Shown: one piece after another, positions 13,309 to 26,000 of the stretch
How the letters are laid out: each line of letters opens with the position of its first letter
Numbering within the stretch: the first letter of the stretch is position 1
Assembly (NCBI GenBank): GCA_965649825.1
Contig: OZ287696.1
Span: 601,101-665,100 of the forward strand
DNA length: 64,000 nucleotides
Direction of reading: 5' to 3'
Source: Penicillus capitatus
Taxonomy: Eukaryota; Plantae; Chlorophyta
Translations under genes and position numbers: made by a program
The notes under the pieces: model-generated
The model's input: the letters and a program-made list of their open reading frames with translations, nothing else
Told to the model about the DNA's origin: nothing
Database searches by the model: none

Positions 13309-15260
13309 ATGTCGTCCGTCAAGGCATTGAATCCCGCGGCCGAGACGATGGCCCAAAGCGAGGCGTTGATGATGAACGTCAACGCAGCCAAAGGATTATA
13401 CGATGTCATGAAATCCAACTTGGGACCCAAAGGAACGATCAAGATGCTCGTGGGTGGAGCAGGAGGTTCGCCATGCTCTTTAAACCGATCCCTTTAAGGG
13501 AGGACGGTGTAGATATCAAACTCACGAAGGATGGAAACGTCTTATTGCGTGAAATGCAGATACAGAATCCCACAGCCATTATGATTGCCCGTACGGCCGT
13601 TGCACAGGATGACATCACTGGGTGCGCATTGGATCCACACGTGTACACCGAAGCGGATACGGATTTTTGAGCAGAGATGGAACGACATCGACCGTGTTGT
13701 TGATCGGCGAGCTGATGAAACAGGCCGAGCGTTACTTAGTGGATGGCACACATCCACGTGTCATCATTGAAGTAGGGGTCATGCTTTAGGCTCGCTCTGC
13801 CGATTACTCGTGCGGTGTAGGGGTACGATGCTGCGAAGAAGGCTGTTTTGGCGTTTCTGGAGGAATTCAAGATTCCGTTCAAGGAGGAAGATAAAGAGAC
13901 GCTGGCCTGTGTGGCACGAACGTCGCTGAGGACCAAACTGAACGAGGCAATGGCAGATCAGTTGACCGATATTGTCACGAATGCTGTCATGACGATCTTG
14001 AAGAAGGATCAGCCGCTCGATCTGCACATGGTGCTCTTCTGGTAGGATCTCATGAAAGATGAAGCGTCTTGTATGAGATAGATTGAGATCTTGCATATGA
14101 AACACAAACTCGAGAACGATACGCGTTTGGTGAAAGGACTGGTCTTGGATCATGGTGGACGTCATCCAGATATGCCAAAGAGATTGGAAAACTGTTTCAT
14201 TCTCATCTGCAATATCTCATTGGAATTTGAAAAGAGTGAGCTGGCATCAGGTTTCTTCTACAGCAATGCAGAGGAGAGGGAGAAGCTAGTGGCAGCTGAG
14301 AGAGCTGTCACAGACGATCGCGTCAAACAAATCATCGAACTGAAAAAACAGGTCAGAGGAGATGAGGCAATCCACTGCCTTCACGAGTTTTATTGTTTAG
14401 GTTTGCAACACAGCAGATAAGACGTTTGTTATCATCAATCAGAAAGGCATCGATCCACTTTCTCTCGATCTGTTGGCAAAGGAAGGGATCTTGGGTCTCA
14501 GAAGAGCAAAGAGACGGAATATGGAGAGACTCATGCTTGCATGTGGAGGCAAAGCCATCAACTCTGTTGCATCTCTGCCATAGAGAGATGAGAGCTGAGT
14601 GTTTTGTGCGGTGTAGGAGAAGGAACTGAGTCCAGATTGTCTGGGCCATGCAGATCTTGTTTACGAACATGTCCTGGGCGATGATAAATTTACGTTTGTG
14701 GAAGTGACGCAGAATCCAAAATCGTGCACGATACTCATTAAGGGACCAGACGATCATACCATTGCGCAAATCAAAGATGCCGTGCGTGATGGATTGCATG
14801 CTGTGAAGAACACGCTCGAAGACAAATTCCTCATCGCCGGTATCTGCCATGTCTGTCGCTTGGGAGTCCCTCTGTTGCATTTACCTCAGGGGCCGGAGCA
14901 TTTGAAGTGGCAGCTGCCCATCACTTAAGGACCAAAGTGAAACCAGGACTCAAGGGACGAGCCAAGCTCGGAGTGGAGGCCTTTGCCGAAGCCCTCCTAG
15001 GGATTCCCAAGATATTGGCTGAGAATTCTGGATACGATGTCTTGGATACAATCATCGCTGTACAGGAGGAGCAGGAGAAAGGTGCCGTTGCAGGGATCGA
15101 CGTAGAGAGTGGAGAGCCTTTTGATCCGTGTCTGGCTGGCGTTTACGACAACTGCATTGTGAAGAAGCAGATCATTGAGAGTGCTCCCCTGATCGCGACT
15201 CAGTTCTTGTTGGTCGATGAAGTGATGCGTGCCGGTATTAACATGAAGAAAGGGCCATAG
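13309..15260 (+). CDS. CCT6: Chaperonin CCT/TRiC subunit zeta
   Basis: [16 protein letters not shown]|[18 protein letters not shown]|[27 protein letters not shown] and [10 protein letters not shown]. Confidence 0.95.
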
Positions 15261-15497
15261 CGATAACAGAATGTCAAAATACCCATAGAATACAGAGTGT
15301 GTCATGGATGCTTCAGAAGCATGTTTCGATAGATACATATACGTGGCGGTCCCATGATCTTATTGCTAATACGCTGCCCAGTGCAGAATGCCTCCTCCAT
15401 GCATGCGAAATCCACGATTGGCAAAATGCCTCACTTCGCTAAACACCGTCTAATGCTCACCAATGGCGACGATGTGGATTCCACATTGGATACGATT

Positions 15498-18400
15498 CTA
15501 GGCACCGCACTGTTTGAGCCAATGTTGCTCAAAAGCGGGTCTACCTGGATGGTGAGGGGGTCGGGCATGTGACCAGCCAGGTGGGGGATAGGGGAAGTTT
15601 GCTGCGCCTAGTGGATGGGGTAGGTGTTGCATGGGACGCGGATGAAGGGGATACTGTAGGTGTCTTGGATACATCTCCGGACAAAAGTCCTCCTGTCGAT
15701 ATCGCCCACCACGATACCAGTTCTTCTCAAGTTCCCTTTCCTGCGAAGAACGACGCGACGGTGGCCTCCTGGAGTCCAGGTTACGGCCACGTAGATGGTC
15801 GGAATGGCCTTCGAATCTGTCTGCTCGGTCACGGTACGGCAGGGAGCGATCACTAAGGAACCCGCCTCCAAAATCGCGTCCCCGATAACTGCTATGAGAA
15901 AGGCCATGCCTGAAAGGCTGCGGAGGATGTGCAGGCGGAGGAGATGTCGGTAGAGGCGGAATGAAATTTGGATCTTCGTCATCTGAAGGCAGAGGCGCCA
16001 CAAAATTCGGATCATCGACATCTGCCGGAGGGGAATCTGAGGGGAGTGGCGGCTGTGCAGGAATCTCTCCCTCTTCTGGCTGCTCATCTGACAGCGCCTC
16101 CTCGTGTGCCATCTGTGTTACCCTTCTCCCACGTCGATCTAGAAACACACAGCAAAAGGGTGTTGGCATGAGCTTCTGTCAAGTAGATGGTTTCACATGC
16201 AGTTTTGGCTTCGTCTTCAATTGCCTTGTCGATTTCATCCCATGCAGACTTCGCATACTTCTCCAGCTTCCTCCCAGAGACAGTTGATGGGACATTTAGA
16301 CATTCTGGAATGCTTCCCACGGATGCAAATACGCTAGAGAGGATAACACGGTGACATTGTGGTCCGTCCGGACTGCGAATGTAATAGGGGATGCGTTTCT
16401 CACTCCTTAGGCGATCGTCTTCAAGAAAACGCTCATGCTTTCCAGATCTTTCATGCAGCCATGTCAATGCACGATCCATGCTCTCTGCTGAAAAGATATG
16501 CCACTCCTTCCAGAGCTCCAGGACTTTCTCAAGCTTCGTGTACGAATCGTACTCCTCCGAAAGCGTCTCGACGATCTCCTTTAGATGACTCTCGACGAGT
16601 TCCAGGAAAACAATGGTTTCGCCGGTGCTCTTTCCTAGAGGTGCTCTGGCGCGATCCTTGTGAGAACACTGAAGGATGGAGTCCAGCAAATAGAACAGTG
16701 TTATCTTGCGTTCTGCACCGACGGGTTCTTTCATTTGAATCATGACGGCATCGATGGCATGTTTGGCTCCACCACAATGGGCAAGAGAAGTGGCAACGTT
16801 GGTGGCCTTGGCGATTCTATCTCTGGATACGGTGAGATTCTCTAGATGCTTCTCAAATGTCTGCATTTCGAGGCCGATCTCGATGCTGCTGTATCTAGCT
16901 GGTCTGCGAACAGACGGCGATGTGATGGCTGGTGATGTGACAGCCATTGAGTTTGCACTGCAACTAATTCTGGACTCTACACTCAATGACCGGCCAGCTC
17001 ATCACAAACGGAGACAATATGCCGAATGCGTACTTTCTAATCTCGAAGGCCTCTGCGAGATCGCTGCTGCACCTGCCGACTCTTTTACAGAGGCCTGAGG
17101 CGCAGCAACAGCAGCATTGGATGAATGTACTGGGCTCGAGCGTGACAGCGATCTCTTTCTCTCGGGCGCCGTCGTGGAATGGGGACTCGCCCACCAAGCT
17201 GCTGGCAATGTATCTTTGGTCGCAGATTGGGGAGTCTCCCTTTGTAGTGCCTGTGGCAAGGTCAAGACGTCCGCACGATCACAGACACCTTGCCTACCTT
17301 TGTCTCTTGAACATCACATGGTCGAGGATCACTTGACGGCGGTGGAATAACAGCTGTTGTTCTCTCTTCGACAGAATCCACTTGTGGATCATCTGATGCG
17401 TTAGCTGCCGGTTTCTTCGGAGGACTAGTGATGACAGTGGTCTGTTCCGATAGCCATAGCGGCTGAGTATCTATCAGCGCCGCCATCTTTTCTTCCTTCT
17501 GTAACGAAATGTGCTTAAGTACTGCAGTCGGCAGTGGACACACGCACTTTTGCCTTGTTCTTTAACTTCTTTGTTGCAGGTTGACTGCTGCTCTCTATTG
17601 TGCCATTCACATGTCCCCTCTGCCGTTTGGGTCGGAATTGAGAATCTGTTTTCTGTAGCTTCTTCTGACTATCACATTCATCTGGACACAGAACACTCGC
17701 CCTTCAGTGCGCACAAACGAACACCGCCATCAAGTCACTTGTTAATTCCAGAGCTCTCTTTGGCCCTGTCTTCCTGACTGGCTTCTTGCGTGCCAACTCT
17801 TTTGGCTCAGCGCGTTTCGGCTGTTCCGGTGTGCCATTGTGTTCCGTTTTGAATTCTTGACGGAAGGCTGATATGAATGCATCCTTTGGTTTCTGTGGCT
17901 TGAGCACGTTGTGGATTATGTCGTCGAGCATGGAAGATGTGGCTTCCTTAATCTCTCGATCCTCTGAGGCGACAGTTGGTTTTTCTCGAGAGGGTCCTCT
18001 TCGTTGGCGAGCCGATGGCTCTTTTCCGGCAGCCTTCAGTCCATCTCTTCTCAAATCAAACCATGCGATCTTGCGCTGGCCTCCATCTTCCAGATCAAAT
18101 GCAGTGAATTCTTTGACAAATGTCCCCCATTCGTCATCTCCATCCATATACTTGATTTGAAACTTCTGACCCTTTTGATAGTTCACAATGATGCCCAAAA
18201 ACACACCATCATCACCCCAATCCGACTACAGACAGATGTCTACCACATCAGGATCATTTACCCAACAGAGTGATGGAGACCTTTACGATCTTGCCCATCA
18301 TGTATCCCACTCTGCCTGACCGCCGAGGGAAATTGGTGAGACTCGCGTCAAAGTATTTCAACGCCATGGACGAGTCTCTGATCGGATCGGTGATACTTAT

Positions 18401-18757
18401 GGTGCAGATACATTCGTCCTCTTCGCTGTGGAAGAGTCGCCGTTCCACCACGACGCCATTGTCAGAGGGCAGGTCGGCGTGAGGCAGAAAGTCGATGCGA
18501 AAAAACGTTGTTTCGCGATAGTAGCCTGTCACGAGGCCCTTCAAGACACCACGTGAAGGATAGTCGACCTATGTCGCCAACCTCATGTTCAGCAGAGCAC
18601 CACGCACGAACCAACAGACACCAACTGGGCAGCGATAGGGAGAGAAACGTACTTCAACGTAGTGACCGACCAAGGCGGCCGACTCGGTATGACGTTCTTC
18701 GGCCTTGGGGTCCAAAGGCGAGGTATTTTTTTCAGACCCTGTATCGTCATCCAACAT
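15498..18757 (-). CDS. HUA2/HULK-like nuclear protein: two Tudor-like modules, a CID/RPR domain and a Pro-rich C-terminus
   Basis: CID segment FEKHLENLTVSRDRIAKAT...RKITLFYLLDSILQCSH and PPLPSDSPP tail. N-terminal LVGHYVEVDYP..KGLVTGY and GKIVKSDWGDDGVFLGIIVNY..FQIKYMDGD. Confidence 0.7.
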
Positions 18758-19172
18758 CGTCGAAAACAAGCAGCAGCGAGATAAGGGGGCGGAACAACGG
18801 AAACTCGACCGTCAGTGAAAGACCATCCATCATGCACTTCATTTAACGGCCAATCGCGGCGGTTCCAGAAATGTCACGTCAAAGATGCGTGCGTTTAAAT
18901 GGCTGATGCTCCGAAGTAGTTATTTCAGCAAGGTTTATTGTAGGTATTTGTTTGTTTTTATGGACTCAGGGATGGAGAATGCTTGTCGCTATTGTATGCG
19001 TCCGTCTGTCCTTTCTTCTGAAGATCTACTGACCATAAAGTTGTACAATGGTACGTACGTACAGGGGTAAAATTTGCACATGGCGTGAAACCAACAGCCA
19101 TGACGCCCAGCATCATCTATCAAGAATGATCTAATCTGAAATCATTAGGCGAGGCGTTTATTCAATTTATTG

Positions 19173-19330
19173 ACAACAACAACAACAACTGACTGACTGA
19201 CGGATTGATTGATTGATTGATTGATTGAGGGATGGACTGATTGACGGATTGATGAGCAAAACATGTGCGACGGGCATTGCTCAGGACAATCCCATCGTAA
19301 GTTGCCTAGCATCGTCATCATCATCATGAT
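19173..19330. repeat. Microsatellite cluster: (AAC)n, (TGAC)n, (GATT)n and (CAT)n
   Basis: Directly visible tandem repeats at about 19173-19255 and 19311-19327. Confidence 0.9.
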
Positions 19331-21033
19331 CAGCATCACCCAAATGCAACAACACCTTTCCCCATCTTCTCGCCGGCCTCCATGAAGAGGAATGAATGGA
19401 TGATGGAGTGGAAGAGAGGAGGTGATGGTAGAGAAGAATGGGTCTATCTGCTACAAAAGACTCTCTGCTTCGAAACCACAAAAAGATGTGCACCATCACG
19501 GACTGAGGCAAAGCACAAGGTGAGATATGTGTCTTTCCTCATCATGCACGCATGGCATTCATGGTCTACGTTATCGACGAATCTCATCCTCAAACAACAC
19601 AAAGGACAGCGTTCTGTCAAGTACAATGAGAGAAATGACGGAGCTCGGCAACAACGGTTTACACAGGCACACACTCTGTCAGGCAGAGACATCCAAGAGT
19701 ACAGAGGGATATATAGATTGAATGAGGGAATAAAGCACGCTTTGCCATTTATTATTCATGACAGATGGCAAGACAACCCAGTTGGGGTGACACTACCTTG
19801 ACAATCTAATTGAAGTTTGCCCGGAAAATGGGTAGAGGGTTCTCGCAACCATTTTTGTTTGTTTTGTTTGTCTGCAAAGAAGCTCTTTATCCACACGCTC
19901 GTATGACAACCAATGTGTGAATGAAAGCCAGGATTGCAATCACTAGGGAAGAGGGATCTACGATCTAAATATTCCAGCCGCCTAGAAGTGTGTAGTATGC
20001 GTATCACAACAACGACAACGACAATAAATCAAAACGAGCGTGGCGTATGAAATAAAGAATCTATCATCTAACGACACGACGAACGAACTGAGATGTATAT
20101 TTCTTTCTCCTTAGTAGGTAGGCCAAGACAGGACTGAAGATGGGCAGTTCTATGTAAGTAACTGTGCAACAACACCAACGACGCACAACAGTGACAGCAT
20201 CTCCTCTCATGTGCGAAAGGCCGAGGTTTTCATGCTGAGATAAAGTTGTAAATCTTCGAAAAGATATAGCAGACGTTGCATTGTTCCTGCCAAGCTCAGA
20301 TGGATGACGAAGGGAGGAGATAAGCGAAACGATCAATGCCGACAAACGCTCAAGCAGAATGGGCACAGCACAGACAAAAACAGTGGATAAATAGATTCTC
20401 GTCGGCAGTTTTCCTTCCGAATGGTCATCTATTGATTGACAGAAGGGTCTGAATGTCTAGACATCAGCGACATGAAGCGTCCTTACTGCGATTAGCACAC
20501 CACTATCTTTTTTCGCTAATAAAAAGATCCTGTATGTCCCGATTGGTCTCCTACGATTCCCCCTGTTGTGATCTAGGCAATGCCTCTGTGACAATTCTTG
20601 AAAATTTAGAGTGAAGCCATAAACTCCAAAGAGAGCCGAATACTCATTCATGGAGCGTCTTGCATAGACTGTGCTTGAATCAAACTATTGCCAATGAAGG
20701 TGATTAATAGACAAAAGCAGTGAACGAACGAACGAACATATTTGCTGCCAACCAAATGCTTCAACTCTACTGTTTCCAAGGGAAGAAAAACTTTCATGCA
20801 GAACAAATGACCTACAGCATCAAGGCAGAGCCACAGGTAACAACACACTTTCAGCAAACAGAGAGATCAACGGACATCGTCGTTGAGTGTCGGCATTTAG
20901 TATTGTCGAACGATCGATACTAGTTTTCACGAGGAGCCGTTTCTGAACCTGCACTCGTCGTCTGTATCGCTGCCTCCCCGTTGCGCACATCTAATCATGA
21001 CACACGAACAACCACACCATTCTCACTCCACCA

Positions 21034-22719
21034 TCACTTTTCGTAAACAGATGGCTCACCGGATGAGTCGTAAGATGTGAATGCGGCTGGTTGTTGGACA
21101 CTACTGTCGCTTTCTTGTGCACCGGTGAGAGATCTGTGGATGCGTGTCAGCAAATGTCTAGCTTCGCTTTGCTTCTGTGGGTCAACATGTTCAGCAGGTG
21201 CCACACAAATCGCAGCATTGTTCAACATGGGATGTCCAGACGAAATAATATCCATAAATCTCTTCAGCAACGAGATCACATGACTACTGAATACTGGCGT
21301 CCGGCAGGCGACTGGGAGAGTACTGCCAACGAGGAGAAATTTTTCAGCAGCACCCGAGGAAAATGTCTGAAAATCCATCAAATGTCTTCGGACAGCGATT
21401 GTGAGGTAATTCAGGTCAGCGGCAAGGTCATCATGACACAACGTCCCTTCCAAAGCGTTCTTTAGGGTCCCTGTAATGGCAACCAAAATGGCTTGTTCGG
21501 ATTTTGAATGCGGATCCATTTGGGCATCCGCTTTTTCGTGTGCCTCCCTAACGAGGTCCCCTTCTGCCATGCACTCCAGTTCTTGGACAATGGACTCGGG
21601 AATGCTGAATGCCGTATCCATCAAGGCATCGGGCACCGGTTGCTGTTGCTGGCTTCCTTCCACAGAACGTGGCCAGAAAGGAGGCTGTTGCGAAGTAAAG
21701 GAATCTTCGCGAACAGAAGCTGTACTGATCTTAGATGTAAACGAATCACAATTGACAGGAAATTCAATTTTGGACGAAAAAGAATCCCCACGACCACTTC
21801 CATGTTTTGGCACCTCGATTTTGGATGTCCACGAATCGCTGCTGTTCATCAGAAGCTCGTTAATGGTACTGTCCATAGCATACTTCTGAAGTTGGGGATT
21901 GTTTGTGAAATCTGCACTCAGATGACGGCCCACACCATTCTGAGCAGTCAATCCCTGTTGCGGGCTCATCAAATTCTGCAGCTGGTGCATATTCCAGCCC
22001 TCTGCCCCTTGACTGCCCCACAGAGCATTCTGCATATCAGATTCTGAGTAGTTTGAACGCATTTCAAGTCCATTTGGAAAGAACCCCGTCAATTGAGCAT
22101 TCAGCAATTCTCCAGAATTCATCAAGAAATCCGTCGAGCTGGGTCTGGTTTGTTGCTGGAATGGCAGTTGCATGCCTGGTTGCTGCATGGTCAATGCGTC
22201 TGAAAGGGGGCGCTGTTGTGGCGCCACAAACTTGGCAAAACGCCGAATGGCGCGTGGCAGCACAGCCTTGGGAGGGAACCCAGGCCGCGAGCGGGCCTGA
22301 GCAGCGGTAACAGGCGCCGTTTCGGGTCGGGGCGGTGTGGGTGTCCCCTGTCGTTTGCCTCCGATCTCCAACCCCGAGAGCGCGACGTTTACAGCGCGTA
22401 TCGCCGCCTCCAAATCAATTTTCGTCTCCTAAACAACCGCTCCTTCGTTTGTACGTTCGCCTCCTCTTAAGTCCCGTCCGCCTACCTTGTCCACATCGTC
22501 GCTACCAAAGTCCACACTGTCTTGTTGCTGCTTTTGAAACACTTCTGATCCTTGACTCGAGTCAACAGTGCCAACGTTGAGAGCTGTCACGCTCGAAAAC
22601 GATTCGAGGCGGGGAGCCTCGCTTTCTGCTCTGTCCGTCAGCGACGGCTTGTTGGCATCGCTTCGTGGGTCGACTCCGCGAATTTTGTTACGCAGTGGTC
22701 CAAAACGAAAACACGCCAT
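21034..22719 (-). CDS. Hypothetical protein of about 540 aa, 2 exons; Q/M/S-rich middle and a predicted helical C-terminus
   Basis: A 459-codon open exon is joined by a GTAGGC..TTTAG intron to an exon starting MACFRFG at 22719. No recognisable family. Confidence 0.75.
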
Positions 22720-23041
22720 CGTTGTTCGAGTCAATACGGTGTGAAAGATTCAAAACAAGACAACAGTTGTTGTTGGACGTGGGACCTAAGAAACAAGCGG
22801 CGACGGTAGGAAGCAAGAGATGGGACGGCGAGATGTGCGTCTTACGTTCGTGTCTCGTGGTGCGCAGCTGGAGAAACGAATGGTTTCACAGCGGAACGTC
22901 TGAAAGTATCAATTTTATCGCAACGCACCGTTTATGGCAAATGGAGACGGTTGTCACGAACGCGAGGCAAAGAGCTGTCACATCATGACTACGCAGTGAA
23001 GCCACGGTCGAGCGGAACGGTTGGTACGTGCGGTAGGCCGA

Positions 23042-26000
23042 ATGTTCATTCGGCGATTCTGCACCTACCGAACGACGTCGACGCGTCTCATCACTTCAGC
23101 TGCCTGTTACGGAAGATACGGCTCCGTGAACTGTTGGATCTTTCGCCGCCGTCAACGTCGTCGATCGCTGTGGCTTCCCACGAAACGCAGCGCCATGAAT
23201 GGAACGTCGAATGCTGACGTTGATAGCGACTTCTTCGCCGGCGTCATGCCGAAAGAAGAGATCGGGGCTACGAAATTTCTGAAGGTATTCAACCGTCTCT
23301 TCCGGTGGACGAGGCGAAGTCCATTGCCATGCTAACACAGGAACACCCAGAGTACGATGGACGGGATGTTCTTATAGCCATCTTTGACACAGGAGTCGAC
23401 CCAGGTCGACACGCAATGATCTTCCAAACAATCATGCAGACATTGTCATGCATCTAGGCACTAAAGGCCTACAGATCACGACAGACGGTCGACCAAAGGT
23501 GCAATGCATCTTACTTACTCTTCTGTGCAAAGTCTAATCGTTATGACACAGTTGGTGGATGTCTTGGATTGCACAGGAGCTGGAGATGTGGATACAAGTG
23601 AAGTGGTGCATCTAGATGAAAATGGATGCATCAAAGGTGTGAATGGAAAGTGCATGAAAGTGCATCCAGATTGGAAAAATCCATCAGGTGCATCTCCGGC
23701 CTCGTTTCAGAACCAACCGATCGTTGACTGATCTAGGAGAATGGCATGTGGGTATTCGTCCTGGATACGAACTGTTTTCGAGGGAATTGACAAAATTAAT
23801 AAAAGAGAGGCGATTTAAGACATTTCAAGAGCATCAACGAACGGCAGTGACGAATGCCAACAAAGAAATGGCCGATTTCTATGCTGCCCATCCAAAGTAC
23901 AGCGAAGACGAAGAATTGGAGAAAACGAAGATGGAATTGGAGACGCGCGTTGAGTTGCTGCAGTCGATGATGACAAACCATGCAGATCCAGGTCCCATGA
24001 TCGATTGCGTGGTCTGGTACGATGGAGAGAATTGGAGAGCTGCCTTGGACACAACAGATCTTTACGATGATGACGAGGATAAAGGAAAACTAGCCGATTT
24101 CACACCTCTTACAAATTTTTGCATCGAACACACCTACGGCACACTCAGTGATCTGGATGCCTGCAACTTTGTCTGTAATATCTATGACAACGGAAATGTC
24201 TTGTCGATCGTGGTCGATTGTGGAATGCATGGGACACACGTGGCAGGCATTGCGGCTGCTTATCATCCAGAATGCCCCGAGTTCAATGGAATTGCTCCTG
24301 GAGCGCGGATCTTGGCTTGCAAGATTGGCGACACGCGTCTTGGTTCCATGGAAACGAGCGTCGCTCTGGTTCGAGCAGCCATCGCTGCCATTCGCTGGAA
24401 GGTGGATCTTATTAACTTCAGCTTTGGCGAGAACTTTGCTTTTTCAAACAGCGGTCGAGTGGTGACTACGATTAATGACTTGGTTCGAAAGCATGGTATT
24501 CTATTTGTGACGTCTGCTGGAAATGCTGGTCCTGCTCTGACAACGATCGGTTCTCCCGCTTGCGGTGAGAGTACGATCAGTGTTGGTGCTTATGTCAGTC
24601 CCGCCATGGCTGCTGCTGCACATTCTATCTATGAACAGCTGGAAGAAGGAAGACAGTACACGTTCTCCTCTCGAGGACCCAATATAGATGGAACGCTCGG
24701 AGTGACAATATCATCTCCAGGTTACGCAGAGTCATGAATGGGCTTGAGTGTCATTGACAGTTGGTTTGCACAGGAGGCGCGATTTCGAATGTCCCACAAT
24801 GGTGTGGCAGTTCCCGTCAACTCGCCAACGGAACATCGATGGCCTCTCCGAGTTGCTGCGGAGGCTTAGCTCTACTGCTCTCAGGCATGAAGAGACATGT
24901 GTCACCTGACGTGTCACATACCAATGCATGTAAATGCAGGTCTCAAAAAAGTGGAAGGAAGCATTACCCCGAATCGAATGCGCAGAGCTATAGAGAATAC
25001 TGCCAGTCTAACGAGTCATGGAGACTACCATGCTCCTCCAGAGTTGATCTTTGGCAGAGGGCTTTTGCAGGTCAGTGCATTTGTTGTTATCTTCTCCTTT
25101 ATGCATTTTGCAACAGCTCAACCTTGCCTGGACTTATTTGGAAAAGTCAGAGGAAGTCGACGAGAGGGATATACACTTCAACGTTTGTGCTGTGAGGACA
25201 GACAATTCTGCTCATCTTCCCACAGACAAAACGTCTGACGGGTCACGTGACAGCAATGCATCTGGCATCTACATCCGCGAGCCAGAGGATGTGCACAAAA
25301 CACATGTTTACAACTGCAATGTGGTGCCTGTTCTAAAAGAGGTACGGTTATGGTTGCTTTTGCCTATATTTAAGTCTGATCAAGCGATACAGGATGCAGG
25401 GATCTTGACAGACAAACTCAAAGTCGAAATGAAGATCGCTTTGGAGAGCACACAAGCGTGGGCGAAGTGTCCAGATGCCTTGCTGCTTTCATATCGAGGC
25501 CGGAAGTTCGAAGTGGAGGTCGATGGGACAAACCTACCGGATCAGGTGAACTACGCCGAGATTCAAGGATTCGATGTGAATGCTAGATGGAGAGGGCCGC
25601 TTTTTCGCGTACCAATTACAGTACTGAGTCCCAAGAAGACGGATCATCGATCTGTGAATGTCGACTTTGGAGTTTTCGATTTCACAGCCGGAAAAGAAAT
25701 TCGCCGATTGATTGCGATCCCCGACGGTACAACATGGGTAGATGTGAAAATCACGCCGCCAAATGATCTTGATGGAAAGAAGGTCTATTTCTTCGAAGGC
25801 CGCAGTTTTTTGCCAGAGATGCGCACTGACGAACTTGCAAAAGAAATGACCCTCCATCTCGCTTCTGGCGACAAACGATCTATTGTGTTTCCCGTCGTGG
25901 GAGGTCGAATGCTCGAGATCTGTTTGGCACAATATTGGTCAAGCCTGGGAAACAGCTCGGTCTCTGTGGAGATCGAGTTCCATGGAGTCCAGATTGTGCA

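Noticed and set aside
19382-19801. 139-aa ORF in the intergenic gap
   Set aside because: No family motif and no supporting exon structure; it lies among simple repeats.
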